From Deferrisomatales bacterium (GTDB taxonomy: Bacteria > Desulfobacterota > Deferrisomatia > Deferrisomatales > JACRMM01), in assembly GCA_033551855.1 (NCBI GenBank), contig JAWSUI010000002.1, forward strand, positions 134,594 to 198,593: a stretch of 64,000 nt of DNA, read 5' to 3'. This document shows positions 38,929 to 48,475 of the stretch, in pieces. Below the pieces are notes generated by a model. The model worked only from the letters and a program-made list of their open reading frames with translations. It was not told where the DNA came from and searched no databases. Position 1 is the first letter of the stretch. Each line of letters begins with the position of its first letter. The position numbers and the translations under genes were made by a program.

Positions 38929-39426
38929 TCAGGCCGAGGCGGCTACGCGCGCTTCGTGCTCCAGGAGGGCGGCCTTGACGTCCCGGGCGAGGCCGGTTTC
39001 CCAGTCGCCGCTGAACCCTCCCAAGCCGGACTTGGCCACCACGCGGTGGCACGGGATCACCAGGGGCAGATCGTTGCGGGCACAGGCCCCCCCGACCGCC
39101 CGGGGGCTGGTGCCGAGCCCCCGCGCGAGGTCCCCGTACGTCCGGGTCTCCGCGAAGGGGATGCCCTCCAGGGCGTCCCAGAGCCTGCGCTGGAAGGCCG
39201 TGGCGCGGGCCGGCCGCCTCACGGGAAGGGTGAACGCCCGCCGCTCTCCCCGGAAGTACTCGCCCACCTCTCGGACCGCGTCGGCCAGGAGGCTCCCCGG
39301 GGGAGCGGGACGGACCTCGGCGTCCCGCTCCCCGCGGGCGAACCAGATCCGGACCACGGCGCCCCCCTCGGTTTCGATGCCCAGGGGCCCCACCGGAGTC
39401 TGGATGATGGCTCGGTCCGTTCCCAT
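38929..39426 (-). CDS. ogt: Methylated-DNA-protein-cysteine methyltransferase
   Basis: TAFQRRLW, RAVGGAC, active site PCHRV. Confidence 0.92.
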   Translation of the reverse strand: MGTDRAIIQTPVGPLGIETEGGAVVRIWFARGERDAEVRPAPPGSLLADAVREVGEYFRGERRAFTLPVRRPARATAFQRRLWDALEGIPFAETRTYGDLARGLGTSPRAVGGACARNDLPLVIPCHRVVAKSGLGGFSGDWETGLARDVKAALLEHEARVAASA

Positions 39427-39529
39427 GTCCCACGTCTCCTCTCGGGCTTGCCTCGCCGGCGGGCTTGCCCCGTCTCGTTTGTCCGTTACACTTGGGTTCC
39501 CGTGCCTTCCCCCCGCCCAGGAGGACTCG

Positions 39530-39856
39530 ATGAAAGGCGAAGCACCCAAGGGTCAAGCGATCCCCCTCGCGGAGCACGTCCCCTACGCCGACGGCTCGGT
39601 GGTGAGCAAGACGCTTCTCGACAAGAAGGCCGGCACCCTCACGCTCTTCTCGTTCGACGCGGGGCAGGGCCTGAGCGAGCACACGGCGCCCTTCGACGCC
39701 TGCGTGGAGATCCTGGACGGAGAGGCGCTCATCACGATCGGCGGGCAGGAGGTGCGGGCGCGCGCCGGAGACCTGGTGATCATGCCGGCGGGCGTGCCCC
39801 ACTCCCTGCGGGCGGAGAAGCGGTTCAAGATGCTCCTGATCATGATCCGGGCGTGA
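39530..39856 (+). CDS. Cupin domain protein
   Basis: VVSKTL, FDAGQGLSEHTAPFDA, MPAGVPHSL; GGAGG RBS. Confidence 0.88.
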   Translation: MKGEAPKGQAIPLAEHVPYADGSVVSKTLLDKKAGTLTLFSFDAGQGLSEHTAPFDACVEILDGEALITIGGQEVRARAGDLVIMPAGVPHSLRAEKRFKMLLIMIRA

Positions 39857-39863
39857 GTGCGCC

Positions 39864-40838
39864 GTGAACCGCCGGGAGGTTCTGCTCGCCTACCGCCGGA
39901 TGCGGCTCGCGCGGGCGTTCGAGACGAAGGTCGCCGAGCTCTACCAGAAGGGGCGGATGGGGGGGTTCTGTCACCTCTACACCGGGGAGGAGGCCGTCGC
40001 CGTCGGCGCTCTGTGGCCCCTTCGGCCCGACGACCACGTCCTCGGAAGCTATCGGGACCACGTCTACCTTCTCGTGCGGGGTACCGACCCGGGCCGAGTC
40101 ATGGCGGAACTGTACGGCCACTCCGATGGGTGCTGCAAGGGGTTGGGGGGGTCGATGCACCTCTACGACAGGGAGCGGAACTTCCACGGAGGATATGCCA
40201 TCGTCGCCGGGGAGTGCCCCGTGGCCGTGGGGTTGGGCCTCGGGGTGCAGTATCGGCAGGGCGACCAGGTCGTGGTGTGCTTCTTCGGGGACGGTGCGAC
40301 CAACCAGGGGGTCTACCACGAGGCGCTGAACCTGGCAGGGCTGTGGAAGCTCCCGATCGTCTTCGTGTGCGAGAACAACGAGTACGCGATCGGTACGAGC
40401 GTACGGCGCTCGAGCGCCGTACGGGACCTCGCGAGGAAGGCCTCCGTCTACGGCATGCCGGCCGAGCGAGTGGACGGCATGGACTTCTTCAAGATGGTGG
40501 CCGTTACCGAGAGGGCCGTCGCCCGAGCCCGAAAGGGCGAGGGCCCCACCTTCATCGAGGCTCGGTGCTACCGCTACCGCGGCCACTCCATGAGCGACCC
40601 TGCCACCTACCGCTCGAAGGAGGAGGTGGAGCTCTGGCGCAGCCGCGACGTGCTGGACAAGCTCAGGGCGCAGATCCGCAACGACTTCGAGGTTCCCGAC
40701 GAGGAGTTCGAGCGCATCGACGCGGAGGTGCGCCGCGAGGTCGAGGCTGCGGTGGCCTTCGCGGAGGCCGGCCGAGAGCTCACTCTGGAAGAGGCCAGGA
40801 AGCTTGTGTACGTGGAGGGGCCGGTTTCGACAGGATGA
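39864..40838 (+). CDS. pdhA: Pyruvate dehydrogenase E1 alpha
   Basis: GFCHLYTGEEA, GGSMH, FFGDGATNQG, ENN, YRYRGHSMSDP. Confidence 0.93.
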   Translation: MNRREVLLAYRRMRLARAFETKVAELYQKGRMGGFCHLYTGEEAVAVGALWPLRPDDHVLGSYRDHVYLLVRGTDPGRVMAELYGHSDGCCKGLGGSMHLYDRERNFHGGYAIVAGECPVAVGLGLGVQYRQGDQVVVCFFGDGATNQGVYHEALNLAGLWKLPIVFVCENNEYAIGTSVRRSSAVRDLARKASVYGMPAERVDGMDFFKMVAVTERAVARARKGEGPTFIEARCYRYRGHSMSDPATYRSKEEVELWRSRDVLDKLRAQIRNDFEVPDEEFERIDAEVRREVEAAVAFAEAGRELTLEEARKLVYVEGPVSTG

Positions 40839-41036
40839 CTGGATGTTCAGGATTTGTATCGGAAGTGCGTCAACTGGCTCGGTGAGCGTGCCAGTGTAAT
40901 GCATATCAAATGCTTCTAGATTGGCTTGCTGTGTTGGCGTGTTTCTTCGTGCTCAGATTGCATTCTAGTTATCGCAAGACCTGTAGTCTCGAGGTCAATG
41001 CAGAAATCCATCCTGTCAATCCTGTTATCCTGCCGA
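40827..41036. repeat. Low-GC insert bounded by 27-bp imperfect inverted repeats made of CAGGAT units
   Basis: TCGACAGGATGACTGGATGTTCAGGAT (40827-40853) matches the reverse complement of 41010-41036 at 21/27; interior visibly AT-richer than the flanks. Confidence 0.75.
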
Positions 41037-41076
41037 GAGGTTTCTTCCTGTCTCACCCTTCTTCCTCCCCGGAGCC

Positions 41077-42060
41077 GTGACCATGCCCGTCCTCACCTAC
41101 CGCGAAGCGCTGAACCAGGCACTCCGGGAGGAGATGGCCCGGGACGCCGACGTGCTCGTCTTCGGCGAAGACGTGGCCGAATACGGGGGCTCCTTCAAGG
41201 TCACCCAGGGGCTCCTCGAGGAGTTTGGACCGCGTCGCGTGCTCGACACGCCGATCTCCGAAGCGGCGATCGTGGGGACCGCCGTGGGGCTGGCCCTCGC
41301 CGGCCTGCGGCCCGTGGCCGAGCTGATGACCGTGAACTTCGCCTTGGTGGCCTTCGATCAGATCGTCAACCACCTGGCCAAGATGTACTTCATGTTCGGC
41401 GGTCAGTCCCCGATGCCCGTGACCGTACGGGCCCCCGGGGGGGGAGGCCACCAACTCGGCGCCCAGCACAGCCACAGCCTCGAGGCGGTCTTCACCCACT
41501 TCCCCGGCCTCAAGGTCGTCTGCCCCTCCACGCCGCGAACCGCCAAGGGGCTGCTCCTGGCCTCGATTCGGGACGACGACCCCGTAATGTTCCTGGAGCA
41601 CGAGGGACTCTACAACGACAAGGGGGAGGTGCCCGACGGGCTTCAGCCCCTGCCCCTGGGCCGAGCGGAGGTGGTGCGGGAGGGGGAGGACGTGACCCTG
41701 CTCGGGTACGGCCGGATGGCCCGCTTGGCGGACGAAGCAGCCCGCAGGCTGGCGGACGAGGAGATCTCGGCCGAGGTGATCGATCTGCTGAGCCTCCGGC
41801 CCCTGGACTGGGAGACGGTCGCGGGGTCGGTGGCGAAGACCCGGCGGGCGGTGGTGGTGGAGGAGTGCTGGCCCCGCTGCGGGATCGGGGCGGACCTGGT
41901 GGCCGGCCTCTGCGACAGGGTCTTCTGGGAGCTCGAAGCGCCCATCGCCCGTGTCTCCGGAGAGGACATCCCGGCCCCCTACGCCCGGGAGCTGGAGCAG
42001 GCCAGCATCCCCGACGCGGCCAAGATCGCCGCCGCCGCCCGGGGCGTAGTGGACGCGTGA
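41077..42060 (+). CDS. pdhB: Pyruvate dehydrogenase E1 beta
   Basis: GEDVAEYGG, DTPISE, QHSHS, FLEHE; start may be ATG at 41083. Confidence 0.93.
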   Translation: MTMPVLTYREALNQALREEMARDADVLVFGEDVAEYGGSFKVTQGLLEEFGPRRVLDTPISEAAIVGTAVGLALAGLRPVAELMTVNFALVAFDQIVNHLAKMYFMFGGQSPMPVTVRAPGGGGHQLGAQHSHSLEAVFTHFPGLKVVCPSTPRTAKGLLLASIRDDDPVMFLEHEGLYNDKGEVPDGLQPLPLGRAEVVREGEDVTLLGYGRMARLADEAARRLADEEISAEVIDLLSLRPLDWETVAGSVAKTRRAVVVEECWPRCGIGADLVAGLCDRVFWELEAPIARVSGEDIPAPYARELEQASIPDAAKIAAAARGVVDA

Positions 42061-42105
42061 AGGGCGAGGCGCAACCTGCAACACCCAACCCGCCGGAGAC
42101 TTCCC

Positions 42106-43545
42106 ATGCCGTACGACGTCACCATGCCCAAGCTCACCGACTCCATGGAGGAGGGGCGCATCGTGGAGTGGAAGGTCGCCCCCGGTGACAGGGTGCGGGA
42201 GGGGGACGTGCTCGCCGAGATCGAGACCGACAAGGCGGTCATGGAGTTGGAGAGCTTCTGGAGCGGCACGGTGGCGGAGCTCCTGCGCCCCGACGGCGAG
42301 GTCGTGGCGGTGGGAGAGGTGATCGCCCGCATCGCGGAGGCCGGCGGAGAGCCGCGGGCCCCGGCCCCCGAGGAGGGACCGCCGCCGACCGGCGCCGCCG
42401 AAGCGGTCGGCTCCGGAGCGAAGGCGCCGGGAACGAAGGCGGCACCCGAGGAGGACCGCAGCGAGAAGGAGCCCCCCGTCCCTGCCGAAGAGGACCACCC
42501 GGTGCCCCCGGAGCGGCCGGCGAGACGAGCCGGGGAGGAAGCCGCGCCGCCCGGTGGGGAGATCCCCCTGCCCGGGGCGCACCCGCTCTCCGAGCGGGGC
42601 GGCGCTGAGTCACCTCGGCCGGCTGCGCCGCCGCGCCCGGCTCCGACTCCCGTGCCCGGGCCGGGGGTGGCGAAGGCCGGGGTGCGCGCGAGCCCTCGGG
42701 CGCGGAAGCTCGCCCGGGAGAAGGGGGTGGACCTCTCCCGGGTGACGGGCACGGGGCCCGAGGGCCGGGTCATGACCGCCGACGTGGAGGCCGCGGCAGC
42801 GGGCCGCGGGCCGCCCCTCGGGCCGGCCGCCGAGGGGAAGGGGGAGGGCTCGGCGGAAGGCTCCCCCCTGCGGTTCGCCGAAGGCGAGGCCGAGGTGCGG
42901 GATGTGGGGTTCTTCCAGAAGGCCGCCATCCGCCGCGTCACCGAGAGCGCCCGCACGGTCCCTTGCTTCTTCGTCTCGGCCGGGGTGCGGGCGGATCCCC
43001 TGTTGGCGAGCAAGGAGGCCGCCGGCGAGGGGGTGACCCTGACCCACCTGCTGCTGCGCGCTTCGGCTCTGACCCTGGGGGAGATCCCCGAGGCCAACCG
43101 GAGCTATGACCGGGGCCGGTGGGTCCAGTGGAACGTCGTCAATCTGGGACTGGCGGTCCAGACGGAAGCGGGGCTCGTCGTGGCCGTGCTGCGCGGCGCC
43201 CAGGGCAGAGGGCTCCCGTGGATCGCGGAAAGGACGGGGGATCTGGTGGCGCGTGCCCGCGCCGGGCGCCTGCGGCCCGAGGAGCGAGCCAACGCCACTT
43301 TCACGGTGTCGAACCTCGGTGCGTTCGGGGTGGAGCGGTTCACGGCGATCCCGAACCCCCCCTCCGCCTTGACCCTCGCGGTGGGTGCGGTCGCTGACGC
43401 GCCGCTGGTGCAGGGGGGCCGCGTGGAGGTCGGCCGGCGGATGCACCTGACCCTTTCCTGCGACCACCGGGTGGTGGACGGGGTGCTCGCGGCCCGGTTC
43501 CTCGGAGCCCTGAGGGGACGACTGGAAGAGCCGGAGGAGCTCTGA
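42106..43545 (+). CDS. pdhC: Dihydrolipoamide acyltransferase E2
   Basis: Lipoyl ETDKA, ASPRARKLA/GTGPEGR binding domain, DHRVVDG. Confidence 0.92.
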   Translation: MPYDVTMPKLTDSMEEGRIVEWKVAPGDRVREGDVLAEIETDKAVMELESFWSGTVAELLRPDGEVVAVGEVIARIAEAGGEPRAPAPEEGPPPTGAAEAVGSGAKAPGTKAAPEEDRSEKEPPVPAEEDHPVPPERPARRAGEEAAPPGGEIPLPGAHPLSERGGAESPRPAAPPRPAPTPVPGPGVAKAGVRASPRARKLAREKGVDLSRVTGTGPEGRVMTADVEAAAAGRGPPLGPAAEGKGEGSAEGSPLRFAEGEAEVRDVGFFQKAAIRRVTESARTVPCFFVSAGVRADPLLASKEAAGEGVTLTHLLLRASALTLGEIPEANRSYDRGRWVQWNVVNLGLAVQTEAGLVVAVLRGAQGRGLPWIAERTGDLVARARAGRLRPEERANATFTVSNLGAFGVERFTAIPNPPSALTLAVGAVADAPLVQGGRVEVGRRMHLTLSCDHRVVDGVLAARFLGALRGRLEEPEEL

Positions 43546-43562
43546 ACAGAGGAGCTCTGAAC
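43534..43562 (+). repeat. Tandem duplication of the pdhC 3' end
   Basis: GAGGAGCTCTGAAC at 43534-43547 and 43549-43562. Confidence 0.8.
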
Positions 43563-43653
43563 GCTGGACCGCACCACGGGGACGGCCGTATCCTCTTGGG
43601 CGGCCTCTCTTCCCCGAGGCCGCTCGGTCGGGCCGGAGGCCGGAAGGTTCCCC

Positions 43654-45405
43654 ATGTCTGCAGGAGGCCGTGAGTCAGCCCGCGGCCCGCACCTATGGCC
43701 GTCTGCACTGCAACTCGCGGTCGGGTGCGGCCTTGCGGCCGCTGGGGCCGAGTTCCTGGTCATGCGGTTCAACCCGTACCTTCCCCTGGGACAGGGCGGG
43801 GCGATCGCGGCGTTCAACGCCCTCCTCCTGGCCGCGATCCTGGTTCCGGGCCTCTACCTGCTGCTCTTCCGGCCGCTGGAGCGCACCGTCACGCGGTGCC
43901 GAGCCGCGGAGGCGGCACTGCAGTCGGCGGAGGGGGAGGCCGATTTGCGTTGGGCCCCGCTCTTCCAGGCGAGCCCCTACTTCCTGTCGCCCCTCTGGCT
44001 CACCGGGGTCACGGCCGTCTCGGTGTTCGCGGCAGAGCTCGCGGTGATGCGCGCCGTCCCGTTCCTTGCCGAGGCCCACCCCTGGCCGGACGCGGTCCTG
44101 GACGCCCTGTTCCTCGTCCTTCTGCTGACCCCCGTCCTCTACCTGGCCCTGTTCCGCCCCCTGAGCCGGACCCTGGACGAGTGCCAACGGATCGAGCGCG
44201 CCCTCCGCAGGGCGGGGGACCGCATGGAGAGCCGGGTGCGCGAGGGCGGCGCCGAGCTGGCGAGGACCAATGAAGCACTTCGCGCGCAGATCGAGGAGCG
44301 CGCCCGGGTCGAGCAGGAGCTGCGCCGCAGCGAGGAGCGCTACCACCTCCTGGTGGAGTCCATGAACGAGGGGTTCTGTGTGGCGGACGGGGACGGGGCA
44401 TTCACGTACGTGAACAAGAGATTCTCGGAGATGGTGGGCCGTCCTTCGCAGGAGCTCCTCCAACTGAGGGCGGAGGACCTCGTGGCGGACGCGAGCCGAC
44501 CCGTCCTGCGGGAGCAGCTGGAGCGGCGGCGTCGGGGAGAGAAGGGCGTCTACCAGGTGTTTTTGCGCGCCGGGGACGACAGATGTCTGCCGGTCCTGGT
44601 CTCCTCGACCCCCCTCCTCGGGGAGGACCGGAGCTTCCAGGGGAGCTTCGCCGTGATCACGGACATCAGCGACCTGAAGAACACCGAGGAGGAGTTGTTG
44701 TACTGGAGGTCCTACTTGCAGGCGCTCTCCTCCCAGCTCCTGACCGCCCAGGAACGGGAGCGGGAGCGCGTGGCCCGGGAGCTCCACGACGGGATCGGTC
44801 AGACCCTGGCGGCGGTCAAGTTCCAGATCGAGACCGCGTGCGCCGACGGGGCCGTCCGGCGCGAGCTCCTGGACGGCGTGGTGGCGCGCCTCCAGGGGGC
44901 GGTGGAGGAGGTTCGCCGCATCGGGATGGCCCTGCGGCCGTCGCTCCTGGACGATCTGGGTCTGTTGGCGACGATCGGCTGGTTCAGCCGGGAGTTCCGA
45001 GAGACGTATCCCGGGGTGTCTCTGGAGAGCCGGGTGAACCTCCAGGAGGCGGACGTGCCGGAGCCCCTGAAGATCGTCGTCTTCCGCGTTCTCCAAGAGG
45101 CCTTGAACAACGTGGCCAAACACAGCGGTGCCGGGTCCGTCCGGGTGCGGTTCGAGAAGGCGGAGGGGGAGCTGCGCCTGGAGGTGGAGGACGACGGGGT
45201 CGGATTCGACGTGAAAGGAGCCGTCTCCCTGCGGAGCACCCGGAGGAGCCTCGGGTTGGACAGTATGCGGGAACGCACCCAACTGGCGGGAGGCCGGTTC
45301 TGGGTCGACTCGGCGCCCGGCGGGGGCACGAGGGTGCAGGCTTCCTGGCCGGTAACCGCGGCGGCACGGGGCGTCCACGGTGTCTCCGAAGCGGGGGGTG
45401 GCTGA
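43654..45405 (+). CDS. Membrane PAS sensor histidine kinase (HisKA_3/NarX type)
   Basis: QERERERVARELHDGIGQ, QEALNNVAKH, DDGVGF, LGLDSMRER. Confidence 0.9.
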   Translation: MSAGGRESARGPHLWPSALQLAVGCGLAAAGAEFLVMRFNPYLPLGQGGAIAAFNALLLAAILVPGLYLLLFRPLERTVTRCRAAEAALQSAEGEADLRWAPLFQASPYFLSPLWLTGVTAVSVFAAELAVMRAVPFLAEAHPWPDAVLDALFLVLLLTPVLYLALFRPLSRTLDECQRIERALRRAGDRMESRVREGGAELARTNEALRAQIEERARVEQELRRSEERYHLLVESMNEGFCVADGDGAFTYVNKRFSEMVGRPSQELLQLRAEDLVADASRPVLREQLERRRRGEKGVYQVFLRAGDDRCLPVLVSSTPLLGEDRSFQGSFAVITDISDLKNTEEELLYWRSYLQALSSQLLTAQERERERVARELHDGIGQTLAAVKFQIETACADGAVRRELLDGVVARLQGAVEEVRRIGMALRPSLLDDLGLLATIGWFSREFRETYPGVSLESRVNLQEADVPEPLKIVVFRVLQEALNNVAKHSGAGSVRVRFEKAEGELRLEVEDDGVGFDVKGAVSLRSTRRSLGLDSMRERTQLAGGRFWVDSAPGGGTRVQASWPVTAAARGVHGVSEAGGG

Positions 45406-45466
45406 ACCGGCGGCACCGGCCCCGCGGCTCGGGGATTCGCCGGCTTCGGACCCGCGGAATCCCACG

Positions 45467-45504
45467 TCCCGGACTCTGCTTGCCGAGCCGGCGGGAAATC
45501 CTGG
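45467..45504 (-). mobile_element. Partial MITE-like repeat, copy F (left end only)
   Basis: 29/38 ungapped identity to the reverse complement of the left end of copy D. Confidence 0.5.
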
Positions 45505-45517
45505 TCCGGTCGGGAAA

Positions 45518-45546
45518 TTGACACGCCCTGGGGCGTCTGCTACATT
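45518..45546 (+). promoter_or_regulatory. Sigma70 promoter of the hpf-PTS operon
   Basis: TTGACA - 17 bp - TACATT with an extended TGn. Confidence 0.75.
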
Positions 45547-45585
45547 CCAGCGCTCGTTTCCCTCGCGGGCAGGCAGGAGGTCTGC

Positions 45586-46119
45586 ATGAATCTCAGCATT
45601 ACGTTTCGCCACGTCGATCCCAGCGATGCGCTGAAGGCCTACGCCACCGAGAAGGTGGAGCGGCTGACCAAGTATTTCGACGGCATGGTCGAGGGGCACG
45701 TGATCCTGGGTCAGGAGAAGATCCGGCACTTGGCCGAGGTGACCCTGCGGGCCAACGGGATGCGGGTGATCGCGAAGGAGGAGACGGCCGATTTCTACAC
45801 CGCCATCGACAACGTGGTGGGAAAACTGGAGCGCCAGCTCAAGCGGTACAAAGAGAAGCTCAAGAGGCATCAGCCCCTGAGCAACCGCGAGCGGCGCAGC
45901 GTCCGTGAGCAGGTCTTCGCCTACGAGAGCTTCGAGGAGGAGTCACCGCGGGTTATTCAGACCGAGCACTACACCACCCACCCGATGAGCGTCGACGTGG
46001 CCGTGATGGAGATGGACTTGAGTGCGGCGCCCTTCCTCGTCTTCACCGACGAGGACGGAAAGGTCAAGGTGGTGTACCGGCGCGAAGACGGAAACTACGG
46101 GTTGATCGAGCCAGAATAA
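45586..46119 (+). CDS. hpf: Ribosome hibernation promoting factor (long HPF)
   Basis: ITFRHVD, YTAIDNVVGKLERQL, C-terminal PMSVDVA...VVYRREDGNYGLIEP. Confidence 0.94.
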   Translation: MNLSITFRHVDPSDALKAYATEKVERLTKYFDGMVEGHVILGQEKIRHLAEVTLRANGMRVIAKEETADFYTAIDNVVGKLERQLKRYKEKLKRHQPLSNRERRSVREQVFAYESFEEESPRVIQTEHYTTHPMSVDVAVMEMDLSAAPFLVFTDEDGKVKVVYRREDGNYGLIEPE

Positions 46120-46169
46120 GGTCTGGCGGGCTACGTTCTCGGCCGGGCTCCGGCAGAGAGGCGGTCGGC

Positions 46170-46631
46170 ATGAAGCTGCTGGATTTTCTCGACCGGGGGA
46201 GGATCGTCCCCCGCCTGGAGGCGCGGGACAAGCAAGGGGTTCTCTCGGAGTTGAGCGAAGTCCTCGTGTCGGAGGGGATTGTGGGGAGCGCGGGCGAGGC
46301 CGTACACGTGCTCCTCGAGCGGGAGAGGCTGGGGAGCACCGGAATCGGCGAGGGGATCGCGATCCCCCACGGCAAACTCCGGGAGCTCAAGGACGTGGTC
46401 GCGGTGTTCGGCCGCAGCGCCGGCGGGGTGGACTTCGACAGCATGGACGGCGCGCCGGTCCAACTCTTCTTCCTCCTCATGGCGCCCGAGAACTCGGCGA
46501 GCACCCACCTCAAGGCCCTGGCCCGCATCTCCCGCCTGCTCAAGGATCGGGGGTTTCGCGAGGAGCTCCTCCAGGCGGATACCCGGGAGGCCCTGTTCCA
46601 GATCATCTCCCGCGAGGACGAGAAGTACTGA
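46170..46631 (+). CDS. ptsN: PTS EIIA (Ntr/Fru type)
   Basis: RERLGSTGIGEGIAIPHG, HLKALARISRLL. Confidence 0.92.
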   Translation: MKLLDFLDRGRIVPRLEARDKQGVLSELSEVLVSEGIVGSAGEAVHVLLERERLGSTGIGEGIAIPHGKLRELKDVVAVFGRSAGGVDFDSMDGAPVQLFFLLMAPENSASTHLKALARISRLLKDRGFREELLQADTREALFQIISREDEKY

Positions 46632-46644
46632 CGGGGTCCAGCGG

Positions 46645-47583
46645 ATGCCCGAGATCACGGTAGGACAGCTGCTCGAGGACCGGGAACACCGGCTCGACCT
46701 GGAGCTCCTGGCCGGGGCGCAGGGCCTTTCCAACGTCATTCGGGTCCCCCGCATCCAGAAGCCCGGCTTGGCCCTGGCCGGGTACACCGGACAGGTGCGT
46801 CAGTACCGCATCCAGGTCCTCGGCTCGACGGAGATGGGCTACCTGGGGACCCTGGCCCCCGAGCGGCGCGACGCAAACGTGCGAGGGGTCTTTGCCCTGG
46901 GTGCCGCGTGTTTCGTTGTCACGAAGAGCCTGCCGGTACCTCCCCTGTTTCTCGAAGAGGCCGAGCGAACCCGTACGCCCCTCCTGCGCTCCCTCCTGCG
47001 GAGCTCGGTCTTCATCCAGCGTGTCTCCGGGTTCCTGGGGGACCGCCTGGCTCCGACGACGCGCCTCCACGGCGTATTGGTCGATGTCATGGAGGTCGGC
47101 ATCCTGATGGTGGGCCGTAGCGGGATCGGCAAAAGCGAGTGTGCCATGGACCTTGTCCGGCGGGGGCACCGGCTGGTGGCGGACGACGTGGTCCAGGTGC
47201 GCCTGATCCCGCCCTTTCGCGTCGTGGGCCGGGGCGAGGGGCTCATCCGGTACCACGTGGAGATCCGGGGACTCGGGATCCTCAATATCCAGGACCTGTT
47301 CGGGATCACGGCGATCCGGCCCGAGAAGGACGTGGAGCTGGTCATCGAGTTGGTGCCGTGGGATGACGGCGAGCCCCACGACCGCCTCGGCTTCGACGAG
47401 AGCACCTATTCGATTCTGGGGGTCGACGTGCCCCACCTGAGGATCCCCGTGGCTCCGGGCCGAAACATCTCGTCGGTCGTGGAAGTGGCCGCCCGGAACC
47501 ACATGCTCAAGCGCATGGGGCGCCACTCCGGGATCCGATTCCGGGAGCGCCTCGACGCGGCACTGCGGGGGGAGGAGGGGTGA
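46645..47583 (+). CDS. hprK: HPr kinase/phosphorylase
   Basis: KPGLALAG, LHGVLVDV, GRSGIGKSE, GHRLVADD, EIRGLGI; ATG at 46645. Confidence 0.95.
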   Translation: MPEITVGQLLEDREHRLDLELLAGAQGLSNVIRVPRIQKPGLALAGYTGQVRQYRIQVLGSTEMGYLGTLAPERRDANVRGVFALGAACFVVTKSLPVPPLFLEEAERTRTPLLRSLLRSSVFIQRVSGFLGDRLAPTTRLHGVLVDVMEVGILMVGRSGIGKSECAMDLVRRGHRLVADDVVQVRLIPPFRVVGRGEGLIRYHVEIRGLGILNIQDLFGITAIRPEKDVELVIELVPWDDGEPHDRLGFDESTYSILGVDVPHLRIPVAPGRNISSVVEVAARNHMLKRMGRHSGIRFRERLDAALRGEEG

Positions 47584-48443
47584 CCCGCGTCCGGCTCGTG
47601 GTGGTGACGGGGCTCTCGGGGTCGGGAAAGAGCTCCGCCCTTAAGGCTCTGGAGGATCTCGGGTTCTTCTGCGTGGACAACCTGCCGGTGGATCTGCTCC
47701 CGAAGTTCCTGGAGCTGAGCGTCCTTGCAGGGGGCGACCTCCGCCGGGTGGCGGTGGGCATGGACCTGCGGGAGCGCCACTTCCTCCAGAGGTACCGGTC
47801 TGCGTTCCAGGAGGTGGCACGGCTGGGAGTGCGGGCCGAGGTGCTGTACCTGGAGGCGTCCGATGACGTGCTGGTGCGGCGCTTCAGCGAGACCCGCCGC
47901 CGGCACCCGTTGGCCGACGAGCGCTCGGTCACCCAGGGCATCCGGGAGGAACGGCGGCTCTTCGAGGGGCTCAAGGGAACGTCGGAGCGGGTCATCGACA
48001 CGTCGGAGATGAGCGTCCATGACCTCAAGAAGGCGGTCTGGCAGCATTTCCGCCAGTCCGGCGAGGAGGAGACCCTCCAGGTGAACCTCCTCAGCTTCGG
48101 GTACCGGTACGGCATTCCCTTCGAGGCGGATGTCTTGATGGACGTGCGGTTCCTTCCCAACCCCTATTTCGTGCCGGCCCTCCAGAGCAGGGTCGGGACG
48201 GAGGCCGGCGTGCAGGACTACGTGCTGGCCGCCGAAGAGGCCCAAGAGTTCCTGGCCCGCTTTCTCGCCCTCCTGGTCTTCCTGCTGCCCCAGTACGAGC
48301 GGGAGGGGAAGACGTCAGTGACCGTCGCCATCGGGTGCACGGGTGGAAAGCACCGCTCCGTGAGTCTGGTGGAGGAGTTGGCGCGGCGATTGGGTTCCGG
48401 GGGCCGGCGGCTCCGGGTCCTGCACCGCGACATCGAAAGGTAG
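47580..48443 (+). CDS. rapZ: RNase adapter RapZ (YvcJ family)
   Basis: GLSGSGKS, CVDNLP, ETRRRHP, DVRFLPNP, GCTGGKHRSV. Confidence 0.95.
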   Translation: MTRVRLVVVTGLSGSGKSSALKALEDLGFFCVDNLPVDLLPKFLELSVLAGGDLRRVAVGMDLRERHFLQRYRSAFQEVARLGVRAEVLYLEASDDVLVRRFSETRRRHPLADERSVTQGIREERRLFEGLKGTSERVIDTSEMSVHDLKKAVWQHFRQSGEEETLQVNLLSFGYRYGIPFEADVLMDVRFLPNPYFVPALQSRVGTEAGVQDYVLAAEEAQEFLARFLALLVFLLPQYEREGKTSVTVAIGCTGGKHRSVSLVEELARRLGSGGRRLRVLHRDIER

Positions 48444-48475
48444 TACCGGCGACAGCAAGGGGATCGGGAGCGCGG

